Assembly: GCA_036785375.1 (NCBI GenBank)
Contig: JAWMAR010000512.1
Coordinates: 682,001 to 746,000, forward strand
Direction: 5' to 3'
From: Leucoraja ocellata
Taxonomy: Eukaryota
Length of the DNA: 64,000 nucleotides
Both the position numbers and the translations under genes were made by a program. Shown here in pieces: positions 46,478-58,900 of the stretch; the stretch's first letter is position 1; each line of letters begins with the position of its first letter. The notes under the pieces were generated by a model. The model was not told where the DNA came from, made no database searches, and was given only the letters and a program-made list of their open reading frames with translations.

Positions 46478-47920
46478 TCATAGAATCACACGGAATGAAA
46501 ACAGGCCCTTTGGCCTAATTTGCCCATGCCGACCAAAATGCTCCAACTATGCTGATTCTGCCTGCCTGTATGGCCCATATCACTCAAAACCTTTCCTACC
46601 CATGTAGCTGTCCAAATGTATTTTACATTTTATATTGTACCTACCTCAGCTTGTTCCATATACCCATTACCTTCTGTGGCCCTCAGGTTCCTATTAAATC
46701 CTTCGCCTCTCCCCTCTCAACTTAAACCTGTGCTTCCCAATTTCCCAACTCTGCATAAAAAACTCTGTTTATAATCCAATTCCCCTCGTCTATTCCCCTC
46801 TATTCCCCTCATGACCTTATACACTTTCTATGATGTGCAGACAAATTTGTATACCTCTACAAGTTTGCAGATGATACAAACGTGGGTGGTTTTGCAGATA
46901 GTGAAGATGGATGTCAAAAACTGCAGCAGGGTCTTGATCAGTTGGTCAAGTGGGCTGAGGAAGTTGATAGAATTTAAAACAGAGAAATGTGAGGTGTGGC
47001 ATTTTGGAAAGTCCAAGATGGGCAGGCCCTACACAGCGAATAATAGGGGTCTGAGGAGTGTTGTAGAGCAGATGGATCTTGGAGGGCAGGTACATAGTTC
47101 CTTGAAGGTGACATCACAGGTAGATAGGGTGGTCAAAAAGGCGTTTGGCAAATTTGCCTTTAGAGTATTGAGTTTAGAAGTTGGGAGGTTATGTCTTTAA
47201 TGTACGGTGTTCAGTTCTGGGCAACATGTTGTAGGACAGATGTTGTCAAGCTGGAAAGGGTACAGAAAGGATTTTTTCGAGAATGCTGCCAGGCCTCGAG
47301 GTAGAGGTTGAGTATACAGGGTCTCTATTCCTTGGAGGGCAGGAGGATGAGGGGTGATCTTATAGAGGTGTCTAAAATCATGAGAGGAATAGATCGAGCA
47401 GACACACAGAGTCTCTTGCCCAGAGTAGGGGAATCAAGAACCAGAGGAGATATGTTTAAGTTCAGGGAGGAAAGTTTTAATCGGAATCTGAAGTAACGTT
47501 TTCACACAAAGGAGGGTGGGTGTATGGAACGAGCTGCCAGTGGACATAGTGGAGACAGGGACTATTGCAATGTTTAAGAAACAATTAGACAGGTACATGG
47601 ATAAGACAGATTTAGAGGGATATGGGCCAAACACAGGTTATGCGGGAGTAGATTGATGGGACATGTTGGGTGGTGTGGGCAATTTGGGCCAAACGGCCTA
47701 CATCCGTATGACTATGACTTTATGACTAAGAACATCCTCAATCTCCTTCACTCCAAGGTAAAAAGCCCTAACCTGCCCAACCTCTTCCCTCTAGCCAGAC
47801 CCTCAGGTCCTGGCAACATCCTCATAAATCTCTGCACTCTTGACAGTATAACACCATCCTTCCTATAGCAGGGTGAACAAAACTGAACACTATACTCTAA
47901 GTGCAGCCTTACCAATGTCT
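46478..47920. mobile_element. CR1 (+, ~46860-47725) nested in a minus-strand CR1
   Basis: KFADDT RT motif at ~46861, FKTEKCEVWHFGKS, LYSLEGRRMRGDLIEVSKIMRG. Confidence 0.9.
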
Positions 47921-48244
47921 TCTCCCTTTAGTTGAATAATAGTTGTTGTTGACTCTTTTTATTAATCTTGGGCAAGAAGCTCTTCAGAAACCAATGGTAC
48001 AGCGCTACCATACAACAATATGGTTTCTAGGTGCTAATACTATTGCACTATATTTTTCGTCTGCGCTTCCTCTGTAGTTGTACCAGTATAGTGTGCAATC
48101 TGTTTTTTTTCCCCCCTCTTTCAACTACCTGTTGTATCATGCTGTATGGCATGATCTGCCTGGATGGCAGGCATGATACAGTTTTCCATAGTATGCTGGG
48201 ACACAAGACAATAAACATAACAGTCAAAATGTAAAAGCATGTTA

Positions 48245-48667
48245 TTTTAGGCCCCCTTCGGTCAACTGACCATTGGTGTCTTTAGAGTGTTATTCCCTAT
48301 ACGGAGGATACCTGTGCGTGACTTTGTTTAACGTGGGGAGACTGTTGCACAGACAGCCACCCCACGGTCCTTGACTGATCTGGGTCAGGATCCAGTGGCA
48401 TGGCGTCCAAGACGACTGGAGACCTTTGTCTGCCGTAGCCGTCATCCGCCTCCCCAGCCGTTGTCACGCTCCACTAAGGTCAGCAATCATCCTCCGCCTG
48501 TTCCACCGTTGAGGTCTTGGTTGGATTGCACTTTGTCAGAGACCTCCCCCTCGAACTTACCGCCATGGGTGGCCCTACCAGGAGCAAAGCTCCAGACGGC
48601 ATCGCTCTCAGGATCTCAGGTCTGCAGAAGCTTCTCCACCACAACAAGGTGACCATCCACGGAGAAG
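48245..48667 (-). mobile_element. Bipartite non-autonomous RTE derivative (5' UTR joined to 3' tail)
   Basis: Minus 5' end CACCTTGTTGTGGTGGAG..GAGCGATGCCGTC..GGTAGGGCCACCCATGGC resembles the BovB/Expander 5' UTR. 3' end ATGGTCAGTTGACCGAAGGGGGCCT is an RTE-like hairpin tail. No ORF. Confidence 0.7.
48593..48667 (-). ncRNA. Candidate HDV-like ribozyme at the RTE 5' end
   Basis: P1 CUUCUCC/GGAGAAG, P3 ACC/GGU and a 7-nt L3 UUGUUGU, with spacing like the L1Tc/ingi ribozyme. P2 and J4/2 are ambiguous. Confidence 0.45.
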
Positions 48668-48749
48668 AGTAGGACTAGAAATATAGGATGAAGGACAACG
48701 TGCAATGTTGAAATCCAACGAGAAACTAGAATAAGTTGGGTTTCAGTAT

Positions 48750-49025
48750 TGAAAATACAGCGTGGAAAAATGCTCTTTGACCCACCGAGTCCAGATCACC
48801 CCATACACGTGTCCTATGTTATCCCAGTCCTGCATCCTGCACACTAGGGGCAATTGGCAGAAGCCAATAAACCTACAAATTTGAGAGGAAACCGGAGCAC
48901 CCGGATGAAACCCACGAGGTCACACGAGGTGTGTACATGCAAACTATACACAGACAGCACCCGTAGTCAGTTTCGAACCCATGCCTCTAGCACAGTGTGG
49001 CAGCTGCTCCACTAACTGCACCACT
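48750..49025 (-). mobile_element. V-SINE
   Basis: GAGGAAACCGGAGCACCCGG, ACAGACAGCACCCGTAGTCAG..TCGAACCC. Confidence 0.85.
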
Positions 49026-49175
49026 AAAATGCAGAAGGATAGTGCAGCAATTTCCTTGTTTTAATGGTATAACGAGAGTGAAATCTGTTTCAGGAGCCGT
49101 ATGCCGTTATGATCAAGTGTAGAATTCTGTCTCAGAGGTCATGTGCTATATTGTTATGGTGCGGGAATCTGGCTT

Positions 49176-49823
49176 AGAAGCCATATGCTGTGATGGTAAA
49201 GTGTAGGACTCTTTCTCACAGGTCAGATGCTGCAATGTTATGGTACAGGAATCTGCATCAGTAGTCATGCAGATATGATGTTATATTGCAGCAATCAGCT
49301 TCATAATCCTGAAATAGCATAGGTAAGATCAAGATGCTGTAATGGTGCAGAGAATCACATCCTGTAATGACAATCTGGTTCAGCATATTATAATAATGTA
49401 CTGTAGGAATCAGCTTTGTAGTTCTGTAAAAGCACAGATCAATGGCATCTAACTCAGGATGATTTAAGACATAATTGAGAAGGTCCAGGTGCAATAGTTG
49501 TACAGAATAGTAGTCTAGTTCATTGATTAGTATATTTTGGCAGCATAATGCTGAAATTAGGTCCACAGGTCAGAGTGCTTTGATGGGCCAGTGCCAGAAA
49601 TTGTTTACAGTACGATGAAGATAGACATAAAATGCTGGAGTAACTTAATGGGACAGGCAGCATCTCTGGAGAGAAGGAATGGGTGACGTTTTGGGTCGAG
49701 ACCCTTTTTCAGACTGAAGCAGGGTCTGAAGAAGTGTCTCGACCTGAAACGTCACCCATTCCTTCTCTCCAGAGATGTTGCCTGTCCCATTGAGTTACTC
49801 CAGCATTTTATGTCTATCTTCGG
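49176..49823 (-). repeat. Copy B of the inverted duplication (partner 14404-15051)
   Basis: Reverse-complement match over the unique segment and the adjacent Penelope palindrome. Confidence 0.95.
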
Positions 49824-49966
49824 ACTCTTCTTCAGATTGAAGAAGGGTCTCGACCCAAAACATCAACTATTCCTTCTCTCCAGAGATGCTGCCTGTCCTG
49901 CTGAGTTATACCAGCATTTTGTGTCTATCTTCGGTGTAAACTAGCATCTGCAGTTCCTTCCTACAC
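49616..49966. mobile_element. Penelope-like termini: inverted pair plus a tandem copy
   Basis: Hammerhead core 49726-49753 with stem I GGGU/ACCC. A second degenerate core lies at ~49837. Confidence 0.88.
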
Positions 49967-51547
49967 ACTGCGTTTAATCATGAGGATCACATTCAGTTGT
50001 CAGTTTGCTGCATTATGTTGATGCAGACCACATTTTCAATGCTGAAGGAATGTCTTTGCGAAAATGTTGGGAGGGATCTGTGCGTTTGACTTGTATCCTC
50101 AGTCTGTCTTTCCTGTGCCTAGTGGCTCTCTTATTTCTTACATCAGGAAAATCTCATATAGCAGTGCAAGACTCTCAAACAAGTCGATTTATTCAGGCCA
50201 AGGCAGTATAAATTGGGGAACACTTCCAGAGAGTGTTCGATGATTCAATAAGGTCATAAGTGATAGGAACAGAATTAGACCATTCGGACCATCACGTCTT
50301 CTCCGCCATTCAATCATGGTTGATCTACCTCTCCCTCCTGAACCCATTCTCCTGCCTTCTCCCCAATACCCATGACAACCGTACAGAGCAAGAATCTATC
50401 TATCTCTGCCTTCAAAATATTTAAAATATGTTACATGTGCAACTGCACAGTGAAATTCGTTTTTGCATTCTTGCACATGCGGGCGCCTCCAGATTTTGTC
50501 ACCATTTCCAAAGTACAAAGCTCGGTCCGCCTGCCCGCTCGGTCTACTGGTGCAGTTCCTGCCCCAGGCTCCTGCAGGGACTCCCTCTGTCACCTTCAGT
50601 TCAGCTCAGTTCAGTTTCAGTTTAGTTTATCACCACGTGTAATGAGGGACAGTGAGAAGATTTTGTTGCACGCCAGCCAGTCAGCAGAAAGACAGTACAT
50701 GATTACAACCGAGCCATTTACAGGGGTGTAGATACATGATCAGGGAATAACGTTTAGTGCAAGGCAAAGCCAATAAAGTCTGATCGAAGATTGGCCGAGG
50801 GTCAGCAATATGGTAGATAATAGTTCAGGAAATACTTGCCCTATCATGGTCATTCATTTTTCTCCCTGCACCTGTCTGACAGAAGGTACACCACTAGACA
50901 TAGGAACCCCTCTGTTATCAGGCTTATGAACGATCCTTCCATATGCAAGGGCATTGGTCCATTCACCTCCACCCCATTGCAGAAATTGGACTTTCTCTAT
51001 GGAACTGTTGTGCTACAAGCTGAGAACTATATATTTGCATCTTACAATCTTGCACTTTCTTCTATCTCTTGTACTTGAGTTTTACTTGATTGTATTTATG
51101 TGTAGTAGTATCTGATCTCACTGGATAGCATGCAAAGTAAAGCTTTTAATTTGACCTCAGTACACTTGACAATGATATACCTAAACCTAAACCTAGATCA
51201 AAGTACTCCACTGAGTCAAAAAACTTCCAGAAATTTGTAATATTCATGTTACTAGCTCTTTTCCACAAGCAGTAGCTCTATTCAATAACCAAGAGTCTGT
51301 GGCCTCCTTTTGCTCTGGTATTTTATTTCATTCACATGTTTAAATTATAATGTTTTATTCTTAATGTTTTAATGTTTAATGTTTTATTCTTAATTGTTTA
51401 CTGTATGTGGTGTTGTTACTTGCGAGTGGAGCACCAAGACAAATTCCTTGTATGTGTACGTACTTGGCCAATAAACTTATTCATTCATTCATTACTATGT
51501 TACATGCAGGTTTTACAATAATTCACCAGTAACCCATTTTTCTTTGT

Positions 51548-51780
51548 TCAAGAAGGAACTGCAGATGCTGGAAAATCGAAGGTACACAAAAATACTGGAG
51601 AAATTCAGCGGGTGCAGCAGCATCTATGGAGCGAAGGAAATAGGTAACGTTTCGGGTCGAAACCCTTCTTCAGATAAACTGGTGATAAACTTCTGAAGAA
51701 GGGTTTCGAAACGTTATCTATTTCCTTCGCTCCATAGATGCTGCTGCACCCGCTGAGTTTCTCCAGCATTTTTGTGTACC
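51548..51780. mobile_element. Inverted pair of Penelope-like termini with TSD
   Basis: Direct repeat ACCCAYTTTTCTTTGT at 51532-51547 and 51778-51793. Minus-strand hammerhead 51646-51673 has GGGU-UUCG-ACCC as stem II. Confidence 0.9.
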
Positions 51781-52064
51781 CACTTTTCTTTGTAGTCTTT
51801 GATCCCTGCTTTATATCTTTATGCCTGCTCTATCTGCCCGACAGCTGAGGCTAGTTCTCTTCAGCCTAGCAGCCATGGTTCCCATTATAAATGGGCATTA
51901 TGAATTATGGCCACATCTTCGTATCTTATTATGTTATCTTTGTTTCAGATAGCTATGCCTCGCAATCAAAACACTTTCCTGATCTTATTACCATCTCCCC
52001 CATTTTGGTTACCTTCACTGTGTTGGCCTCATTCCCCAAGTATCCTTTTTGCAGTAGGTAAGAC

Positions 52065-52905
52065 TTGGTGGGTGTCCTCACCTTCCACCCTACCAGCCGT
52101 CACATACAACAAATAATCCTCCGACATTTTCACCACCTCCAACGGAATCCCACCACTGGCCACATCTTCCCATCTCATCCTCTTTCGGCTTTCCGCAGAG
52201 ACCGCTTCCTCTAATTCCCTGGTCAATTCATCCCTTCCCACCCAAACCACCTCCTCTCCTGGCACTTTCCCTTTAAACCACAGTAAATGCTACAGTTGCC
52301 GCTTTACCTCCCCACTTGACTCCATACAAGGACCCAAGCAGCCTTTCCAGGTGCGGCAGAGGTTCACCTGCACCTCCTCCAGCCTCAGCTGCTCTACATT
52401 GGTGAAACCAACCGCAGGCTTGGCGATCGCTTCACCCAACACCTTCACTCGGTTCGCAATAACCAACCTGATCTCCCGGTGGCTCAGCATTTCAACTGCC
52501 CCTCCCATTCTGAATCCGACCTTTCTGTCCTGGGCCTCCTCCATGGCCAGAGTGAGGACCACCGGAAATTGGAGGAGCAGCACCTCATATTTCGCTTGGG
52601 TAGTTTACACCCCAGCGGTATGAACATTCTCCAATTTCTCCAACTTCTCCAATTTCAGATAATCCCTGCTTTCTCCTTCTTTCCCCTCCCCTTCCCATAT
52701 CTCCCACAGCCCACTGTCCTCACCTCTTCCTTTCTTCTTCCGCCCCCGCCCCCCCCCCCCCCCACCCCCCACATGAGTCTGAAGAAGGGTCTCGACCCGA
52801 AAGGTCACCTATTTCTTTCACTCCATAGATGCTGCCTCACCCGTTGAGTTTCTCTAGCATTACTGTCTACCTTCGATTTTCCAGCATCTGCAGTTGCTTC
52901 TTAAA
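52065..52905 (+). mobile_element. Penelope-like (Neptune-type) element 3' part: linker, GIY-YIG pseudo-ORF, UTR and hammerhead terminus
   Basis: LTFHPTSRHIQQIILRHFHHLQ..KCYSC..QVRQRFTCTSS..LYIGETNRRLGDRF..HFNCPSHSESDLSVLGL..RKLEEQHLIFRLGSLHPSGMNI across frameshifts. CTGAAGAAGGGTCTCGACCCGAAA at 52779. Confidence 0.92.
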
Positions 52906-53169
52906 CTAAAACCAGAAAACTTTTCCAGTTTTCTGATAATTTACGGAGATGCCTCCTTCAGTAAGTAATTGGAGTAATGCCTGACAAGGTAATTTATAAC
53001 CATAAATCTGTTATCAAAATGTCTAGACATTCCTGTGGGAAGATCCTCAAGCATTCATCAGCTTTTTCAGCTATCTCCAGCTGTTCATTAATAAGCTTCT
53101 ACATGTTGGTGCTGTGTTTCTTTGCCAATGATTTTCTAGAATCATTCACAAGTTCATATGAATCATAAA

Positions 53170-53600
53170 TTCATCGGAATCAACAATCTCATCAGGAAGG
53201 CTGGCTCCGCCCTGGAGGTGGAGTTGGATTCATGGGAGGTGGTCTTGGAGGGGAGGATGCTCCTCAAACTGCGGAGCATCTCGGTTAATATAGCTCACCC
53301 CCTCCGTGACACACTGGTCAACCTGAGGAGCACCTTCAGCAACAGACTGGTTCCACCAAGATGCAGTACAGAACACCACAGGAGATTATTTTTCCTTGTG
53401 GTTTCCTTGTGGTTATCAAACTGTATAATTCCTCCCCCTTCTGTTGTGGGGTAGACTGACTCCCCTCCCTACCCAATCTTTGTACATCCCCAATCCTGGA
53501 CTTTCCACTCGTCTCTTTAGTTTCATGTTTCATGTACCTTGTTGTGTTTTATGACTGTCGGCAGACCAATTACCCTCCTGGGATAAATAAAGTTCTGTCC
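53170..53600 (+). mobile_element. Rex1/Babar-like LINE 3' fragment
   Basis: NNLIRKAGSALEVELDSWEVVLEGRMLLKL..HPLRDTL..RSTFSNRLVPPRCSTEHHRR. Tail GGGATAAATAAAG. Confidence 0.88.
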
Positions 53601-53974
53601 TACCCACGTAGCAAAGTCCAACTGAGGAAGTCTTGCTATGAGGCAACATCCATGCAATATAATAAGTCAGATACCAACCATTTAAAATAAAGAATAGGCT
53701 CCCTGGCGTTTCATCGCAGTGCCATGTTCAATTAGAGCTTTCAAACTTCCCAGGTTGTTTGAGAGTTTCTCAGAATAAAACGAAAAATGGATACCTGGGA
53801 AATATCCCAGGAGAAAAATAACAGTTTGCAATCGGCCACTTTCATCTGATCTGCTCCCCAGTCTACAAGGATTATCAAAGGACAGCTGTGTTCAGATTGA
53901 GCATTGCACAATGCCTGGAGCTGTGACCGAGTCTGTACAGTTATGTTTACTCAAAGCAACAGGATGTCTTTATA

Positions 53975-54247
53975 CTTTGGACTTTAAAGATAAGGCACAG
54001 AAACAGTCCCTTTGGCCCACTGACTCTGTGCCGACCAGCGATCACACTAGCATCATCCTACACACATGAGGGACAATTTTCATTTCACAGAAGCCAATTA
54101 GCCTACAAACCTGCACGTATGGGAAGTGTGGGAGGAAACCGGAGCACCTGGAGAAAACCCACGCGGTCACATGGACAAAGTACAAACTCTGTATGGAGAG
54201 CAGTCGCAGTTAGGCAGCAACTCTACCACTGCACCACCATGTTGCCC
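53975..54247 (-). mobile_element. V-SINE
   Basis: GTGTGGGAGGAAACCGGAGCACCTGGAGAAAACCCACGCGGTCAC. Confidence 0.9.
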
Positions 54248-54431
54248 ATGAACATTATGAATTTATTGAGTACTGTGTTTACAAGCATGTGACACTGCTG
54301 CCGGTAAGAATTTAATTTTGTCCATTTCAAGACATATGACAATAAAACACTTTTCACTATTGACTCCTAATGTAAAAAAAATTGCCATTGTAAGTTTAAT
54401 TTTCTCAAGAGTCGTTTATCCATGCAACACA

Positions 54432-54825
54432 GTTCACAAGTTCATAAATTATAGGAGTAGTATTGGGCCATTTGGCCCATCGAGTCTACTCCGCCATTCA
54501 ATCATGGCTGATCTCTGCCTCTTAATCCCATTTTCCACCCTTCTCCCCATAAACCTTGACACCCGTTTGTCTATCTCTGCCTTAAAAATATCCACTGACT
54601 TGATCTCCACAGCTCTCTGTGGCAATGAGTTCCACAGCTTAACTACCCTCTGACTAAAGGAGTTCCTCCTTACCTCCTTTCTAAAATAGTGTCTTTTAAT
54701 TCTGAAGCTATGACCTCTGGTCCTGGACTCTCCCACCAGTGGAAACATCCTTTCCACATCCACTCTATCTATGCCTTTCATTATTCAGTAAGTTTCAATG
54801 AGGTCCCCCGTCAACCTTCTAACTA
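54432..54825 (-). mobile_element. CR1 3' fragment
   Basis: ORF 54449-54781 MKGIDRVDVERMFPLVGESRTRGHSFRIK. Confidence 0.92.
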
Positions 54826-54945
54826 TTTGCCACAATCAGCCCACCTTCAAGAATCTTCACAGCACCAATTAAGTGGGGGGAAAGTTTAAGATCACTACAC
54901 ACTTATCCAGGCACCCAGAGTATCATGCCTGGATTTGAGGGTATT

Positions 54946-55440
54946 AGGTCATAAGTTCATAAGTTCTAGGAGTAGAATTAGGTCATTCGGCCCATCCAGT
55001 CTACTCCGCCATTCAATCATGTCTAATCTATCTTTCCCTCTCAACCCCATTCTCCTGCCTTTTTTCCATAACCTCTGACACCCGTAGTAATCAAGAATCT
55101 ATCTATCTTTGCCTTAAATATATCCGTTGACTTTGCCTCCACAGCCATCTGTGGCTAGGAATTCCACAGATTCACCACCCTCTGACTAAAGACATTCCTC
55201 CTCATCTCCTTCCTAAAAGAACGTCCTTTAATTCTGAGGCTATGACCTCTAGTCCTAGACTCACCCACTAGTGAAAACATCCTCTCTGCATCCACTCTAT
55301 CCAAGCCTTTTACTATTCTGTACATTTCAAATCCCCCCCCCCCCCCCCCCCCCCCATTCTTCTAAACTCCAGCAAATATAGGCACAGTGCCGACAAACGC
55401 TCATTAAATATGTTAACCCACTCATTGTTGGGATCATTCT
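54946..55440 (-). mobile_element. CR1 3' fragment (contains a poly-C expansion at ~55333-55355)
   Basis: Same subfamily as 16245-16823. Confidence 0.9.
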
Positions 55441-55597
55441 GGAGGTTTATGCTCCTCTTAATGCTGAAGCCATCCTCTTGTACAAACCTCCAGACCTGAA
55501 CATGTTAAATGGCATGAAGATCCCTGCACATTACTGGGTACTATATCATGCGATCATTCTTTCTGTCTTTGAGCATGATATTATGCTTTTTTTTTAA

Positions 55598-56240
55598 TAC
55601 GATATGATACAATACAATAGAACTTTATTAATCCCAGGACGGAAATTCATCTGCCAACAGTCACAAAACGCAAGGTACATGAAACATGAAATTAAAGTGA
55701 TGAGTGGAAAGGATTGTGGATGTGCAAAGATTGGGGAGGGGGGTGGGGGTTAGGGGAGTCAGTCTACCCCATGACAGGAGTTGTACAGTTTGATAACCAC
55801 AGGGAAAAAGGATCTTCTGTGGTGTTCTGTACTGTATCTTGGTGGAGCCAGCCTGTTGCTGAAGGTGCTCCTCATGTTGACCAGTGTGTCATGGAGGAGG
55901 TGAGCTGTATTGTCCAAGATGCTCCACAGTCTGAGTCCTCTCCTCCAAGGCCAACCTCCCATGAATCCAACTCTACCCCCCCAGGACGGAGCCAACCTTC
56001 CTGATGAGTTTGTTAATCCTGTTGGCATCCGTGGCCTTCACCCTCCTGCCTCAGCACACTACAGCGAAACAGACGGTAATGTCTACCACTGAACATCTGC
56101 AGCATCTTACTGCAGACTTTGAAGTCACGGAGCCTTTCAAAAAGTACAGCTGGCTCTGTCCCTTCTTGTACATGGCCTCAGCATTCCTGTTCCTGGACCA
56201 GTCCAGTTTATTGTCCAGGTATACTTCAAGGTCCAGGTAC
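55598..56240 (-). mobile_element. Rex1/Babar-like LINE 3' fragment
   Basis: VYLDNKLDWSRN..AMYKKGQSQLYFL; LDNTAHLLHDTLVNMRSTFSNRL..RRSFFPVVIKLYNS. Same family as 53170-53600. Confidence 0.9.
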
Positions 56241-56254
56241 ACTATTGACAATCC

Positions 56255-56650
56255 GAGGCTGAACGAAGACCTGATATAGCCACATAAAAATATGTGAGGC
56301 AGTGTTAGGGTGAATGGTCAGAACCTCATGGTTAAAATGGCACAGACTCAAGGGCATAACAATGTTAAGGTGAGAAGTTTAACGGAGTTTATCAGGTTTA
56401 ACGGAGATGTGCGAGTCAAATTTATTTTACACAGAGAATGCCCTGGGTGCCTGGAATACATTGCCTGGGGTGGTGGTGGAGGCAGATACAATGGAGGGAT
56501 ATAAGAGGCATTTGGATAGGGGCACAGGCATACAGGGAATGGAGGGATATGGATGACATGCAGGCAGAGGAGATTAGTTTAATGGCATCATGTTCGGCAA
56601 GGACATTGTGGGCTGGAGGGCCTGTTCATGTGGTACTGTTCCATGTTCGA
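56255..56650 (+). mobile_element. Old CR1 3' fragment
   Basis: GGCTGAACGAAGACCTGATA, TTTTACACAGAGA, TGCCTGGAATACATTGCC. Confidence 0.75.
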
Positions 56651-57801
56651 TGAGGCTAAGATTTCATGAACTACAAGAAGGCTGATGCTCAAGCAGATCT
56701 TTGTTGACTGTAAAGGACTAGTCTGCAAACAGTTGCCTCCGGCCATAAACGGTTGGTGAGCCCTTCCTTGTGGAGTTTTGGTTAGTTTAGTCTAGTTTAG
56801 TTTAGAGATACAACATGGAAACGGGCCCTTTGGCATACTAAGTTGCACGAACAGCAATCCCTGCACATTAAACCTATCCTACACGCACTAGGGAATTACA
56901 ATTATTAACCTACAAACCTGTAATTAATACTTATGATCAAATGTGAAAAATGTTATTACTGTAGCAACAACTAAACTCAAATTTTCTTTATTTTAATTTT
57001 CAATTTTTTCTAATTTTCTAATTGTAGATGATTTCCACAATCACTTCCTTCCTTCCCTCCCCTCCCCTCCCCTCGTCGCTTCGCCCCCACCTCTCCCCCA
57101 TACCTGCTCCCCTTCTTCCACCAAAGGTTGGTTGACCAGTTCCACATTTTGCGACGATGTTCTTGGGATCACACCATCCCTAGCCAATTATCAGCCTATA
57201 AGGGAACCTCCCAGCTCGAGGCCATCTGTTGCCAACCTTAGTTTGTCCTGCTCTTTTCTTGCCTCCAGTTCCCACATTCCCAACCCCCACCCACCTCCCT
57301 CCCAATCAGTCTGAGGAAGGGTCCTGACCAGAAACACCATCAATTCATTCACTCCTGAGATGCTGTCTGACCTGCTGAGCTACTCTTGCATCTTGTGTCA
57401 ATCTTTGGTATAAATCTGCAGTTCCTTTCCTTTTCAAGTTTCTTTAACAAGTTTAATGTGAAACTCTTAAGCAAACGCAGCAAGCAATTACTAAAATGGA
57501 AATTGTAAGCGCCAGCGTTATTTTAATTGAGTTAACAATAACGCAAAGAAACTTGGATAGCAATTTTTACATTGAAATTAAACTGCATATTATAGTGAAT
57601 TTTACAAGACATATACATTTCCAAACTGATTGTAGCAGGTGGCATGACTGCCATTAGTTTAGTGTTCACTGTCTTCAGTTGCTAATGTTTTCTTGATAAT
57701 TTCACTTCTGTTAATTTTTCTTGATGATCAGCAACACTATAAAGAATCTGCAGACCCAGCATATATTTTCTGCTTATCAATGTTGTTGTATCAATTAATA
57801 A

Positions 57802-58003
57802 TGTAATGAGTGGAGTCGTACACACATCAAAATACAACACATATTTATTAAAGTCACTAACAGCATTGGTCTACAGAACGTTACAGTACCTAACACCTAA
57901 GATTGAATTATGTAAGCAAGCTCTTGGTAATATTAATCGCATATTAGGCGGAACAACTACTAACAAGCACAACAATTGGTTAGTAGGAAATAACCAATCT
58001 ACA
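57802..58003 (-). repeat. 3' LTR of the Gypsy element
   Basis: TGTA...TACA termini. PPT-like AAGGAAAG immediately upstream on the minus strand. Matches 62953-63156. Confidence 0.9.
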
Positions 58004-58133
58004 ACTTTCCTTATAGAAACAAAATAAAGCAAAGATACATGGAAACATGGTGGCCAAACAATATAGTAGCCGGAACGTTAATAACGCATAAGGGGAAGTA
58101 TAGATAGTTACACAAAATCACTGTATCTATTTA

Positions 58134-58900
58134 ATTACTATCTAAATGGCGTCAAGTTGGGAAAAGGGGAAGTACAACGGGATCTGGGGGGTTCTTGTAC
58201 ATCAGTCTATGAGAGGAAACATGCAGGCACAGCAGGCAGTGAAGAAAGCGAATGGCATGTTGGCCTTTATAACAAGAGAAATCATATATAGGAGCAAAGA
58301 GGTCCTTCTGCAGTTGTACAGGGACCTAGTGAGACCACACCTGGAGTATTGTGTGCAGTTTTGGTCCCCTACTTTGAGGATGGTCATTCTTGCTATTGAG
58401 GGAGTGCAACGTAGGTTTATAAGGTTAATTCCAGGGATGGCGGGGCTTTCATATGCTGAGAGAATGGAGCAGCTGGGCTTGTACACCCTGGAGTTTAGAA
58501 GGATGAGAGGGTAGCTCATTGAAACATAGAAGATTGTTAAGGGTTTGGACATGCTAGAGGCAGGAAACATGTTCCCGATGTTGGGTGAGTCCAGAACTAG
58601 GGGTCACAGTTTAAGAATAAGGAGTAAGCCATTTAGAACGGAGACGAGGAAACACTTTTTCTCACAGAGAGTGGTGAGTCTGTGGAATTCTCTGCCTCAG
58701 AGGATGGTGGAGCCGGGTTCTCTGGATGCTTTCAAGAAAGAGCTAGATAGGGCTCTTAAAAATAGGGGAGTCAGGGAATATAGGGAGAATGCAGGAACGC
58801 AGTACTGATTGGGGATGATCAGCCATGATCACATTGAATGGCGGTGCTGGCTCGAAGGGCCAAATGGCCTACTCCTGCACCTATTGTCTATTGTCTATTG
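58134..58900 (+). mobile_element. CR1 fragment nested in the Gypsy integrase C-terminus
   Basis: [28 protein letters not shown]. (CTATTGT)n tail. Possible TSD TTTAAT (58130-58135 and 58901-58906). Confidence 0.95.
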
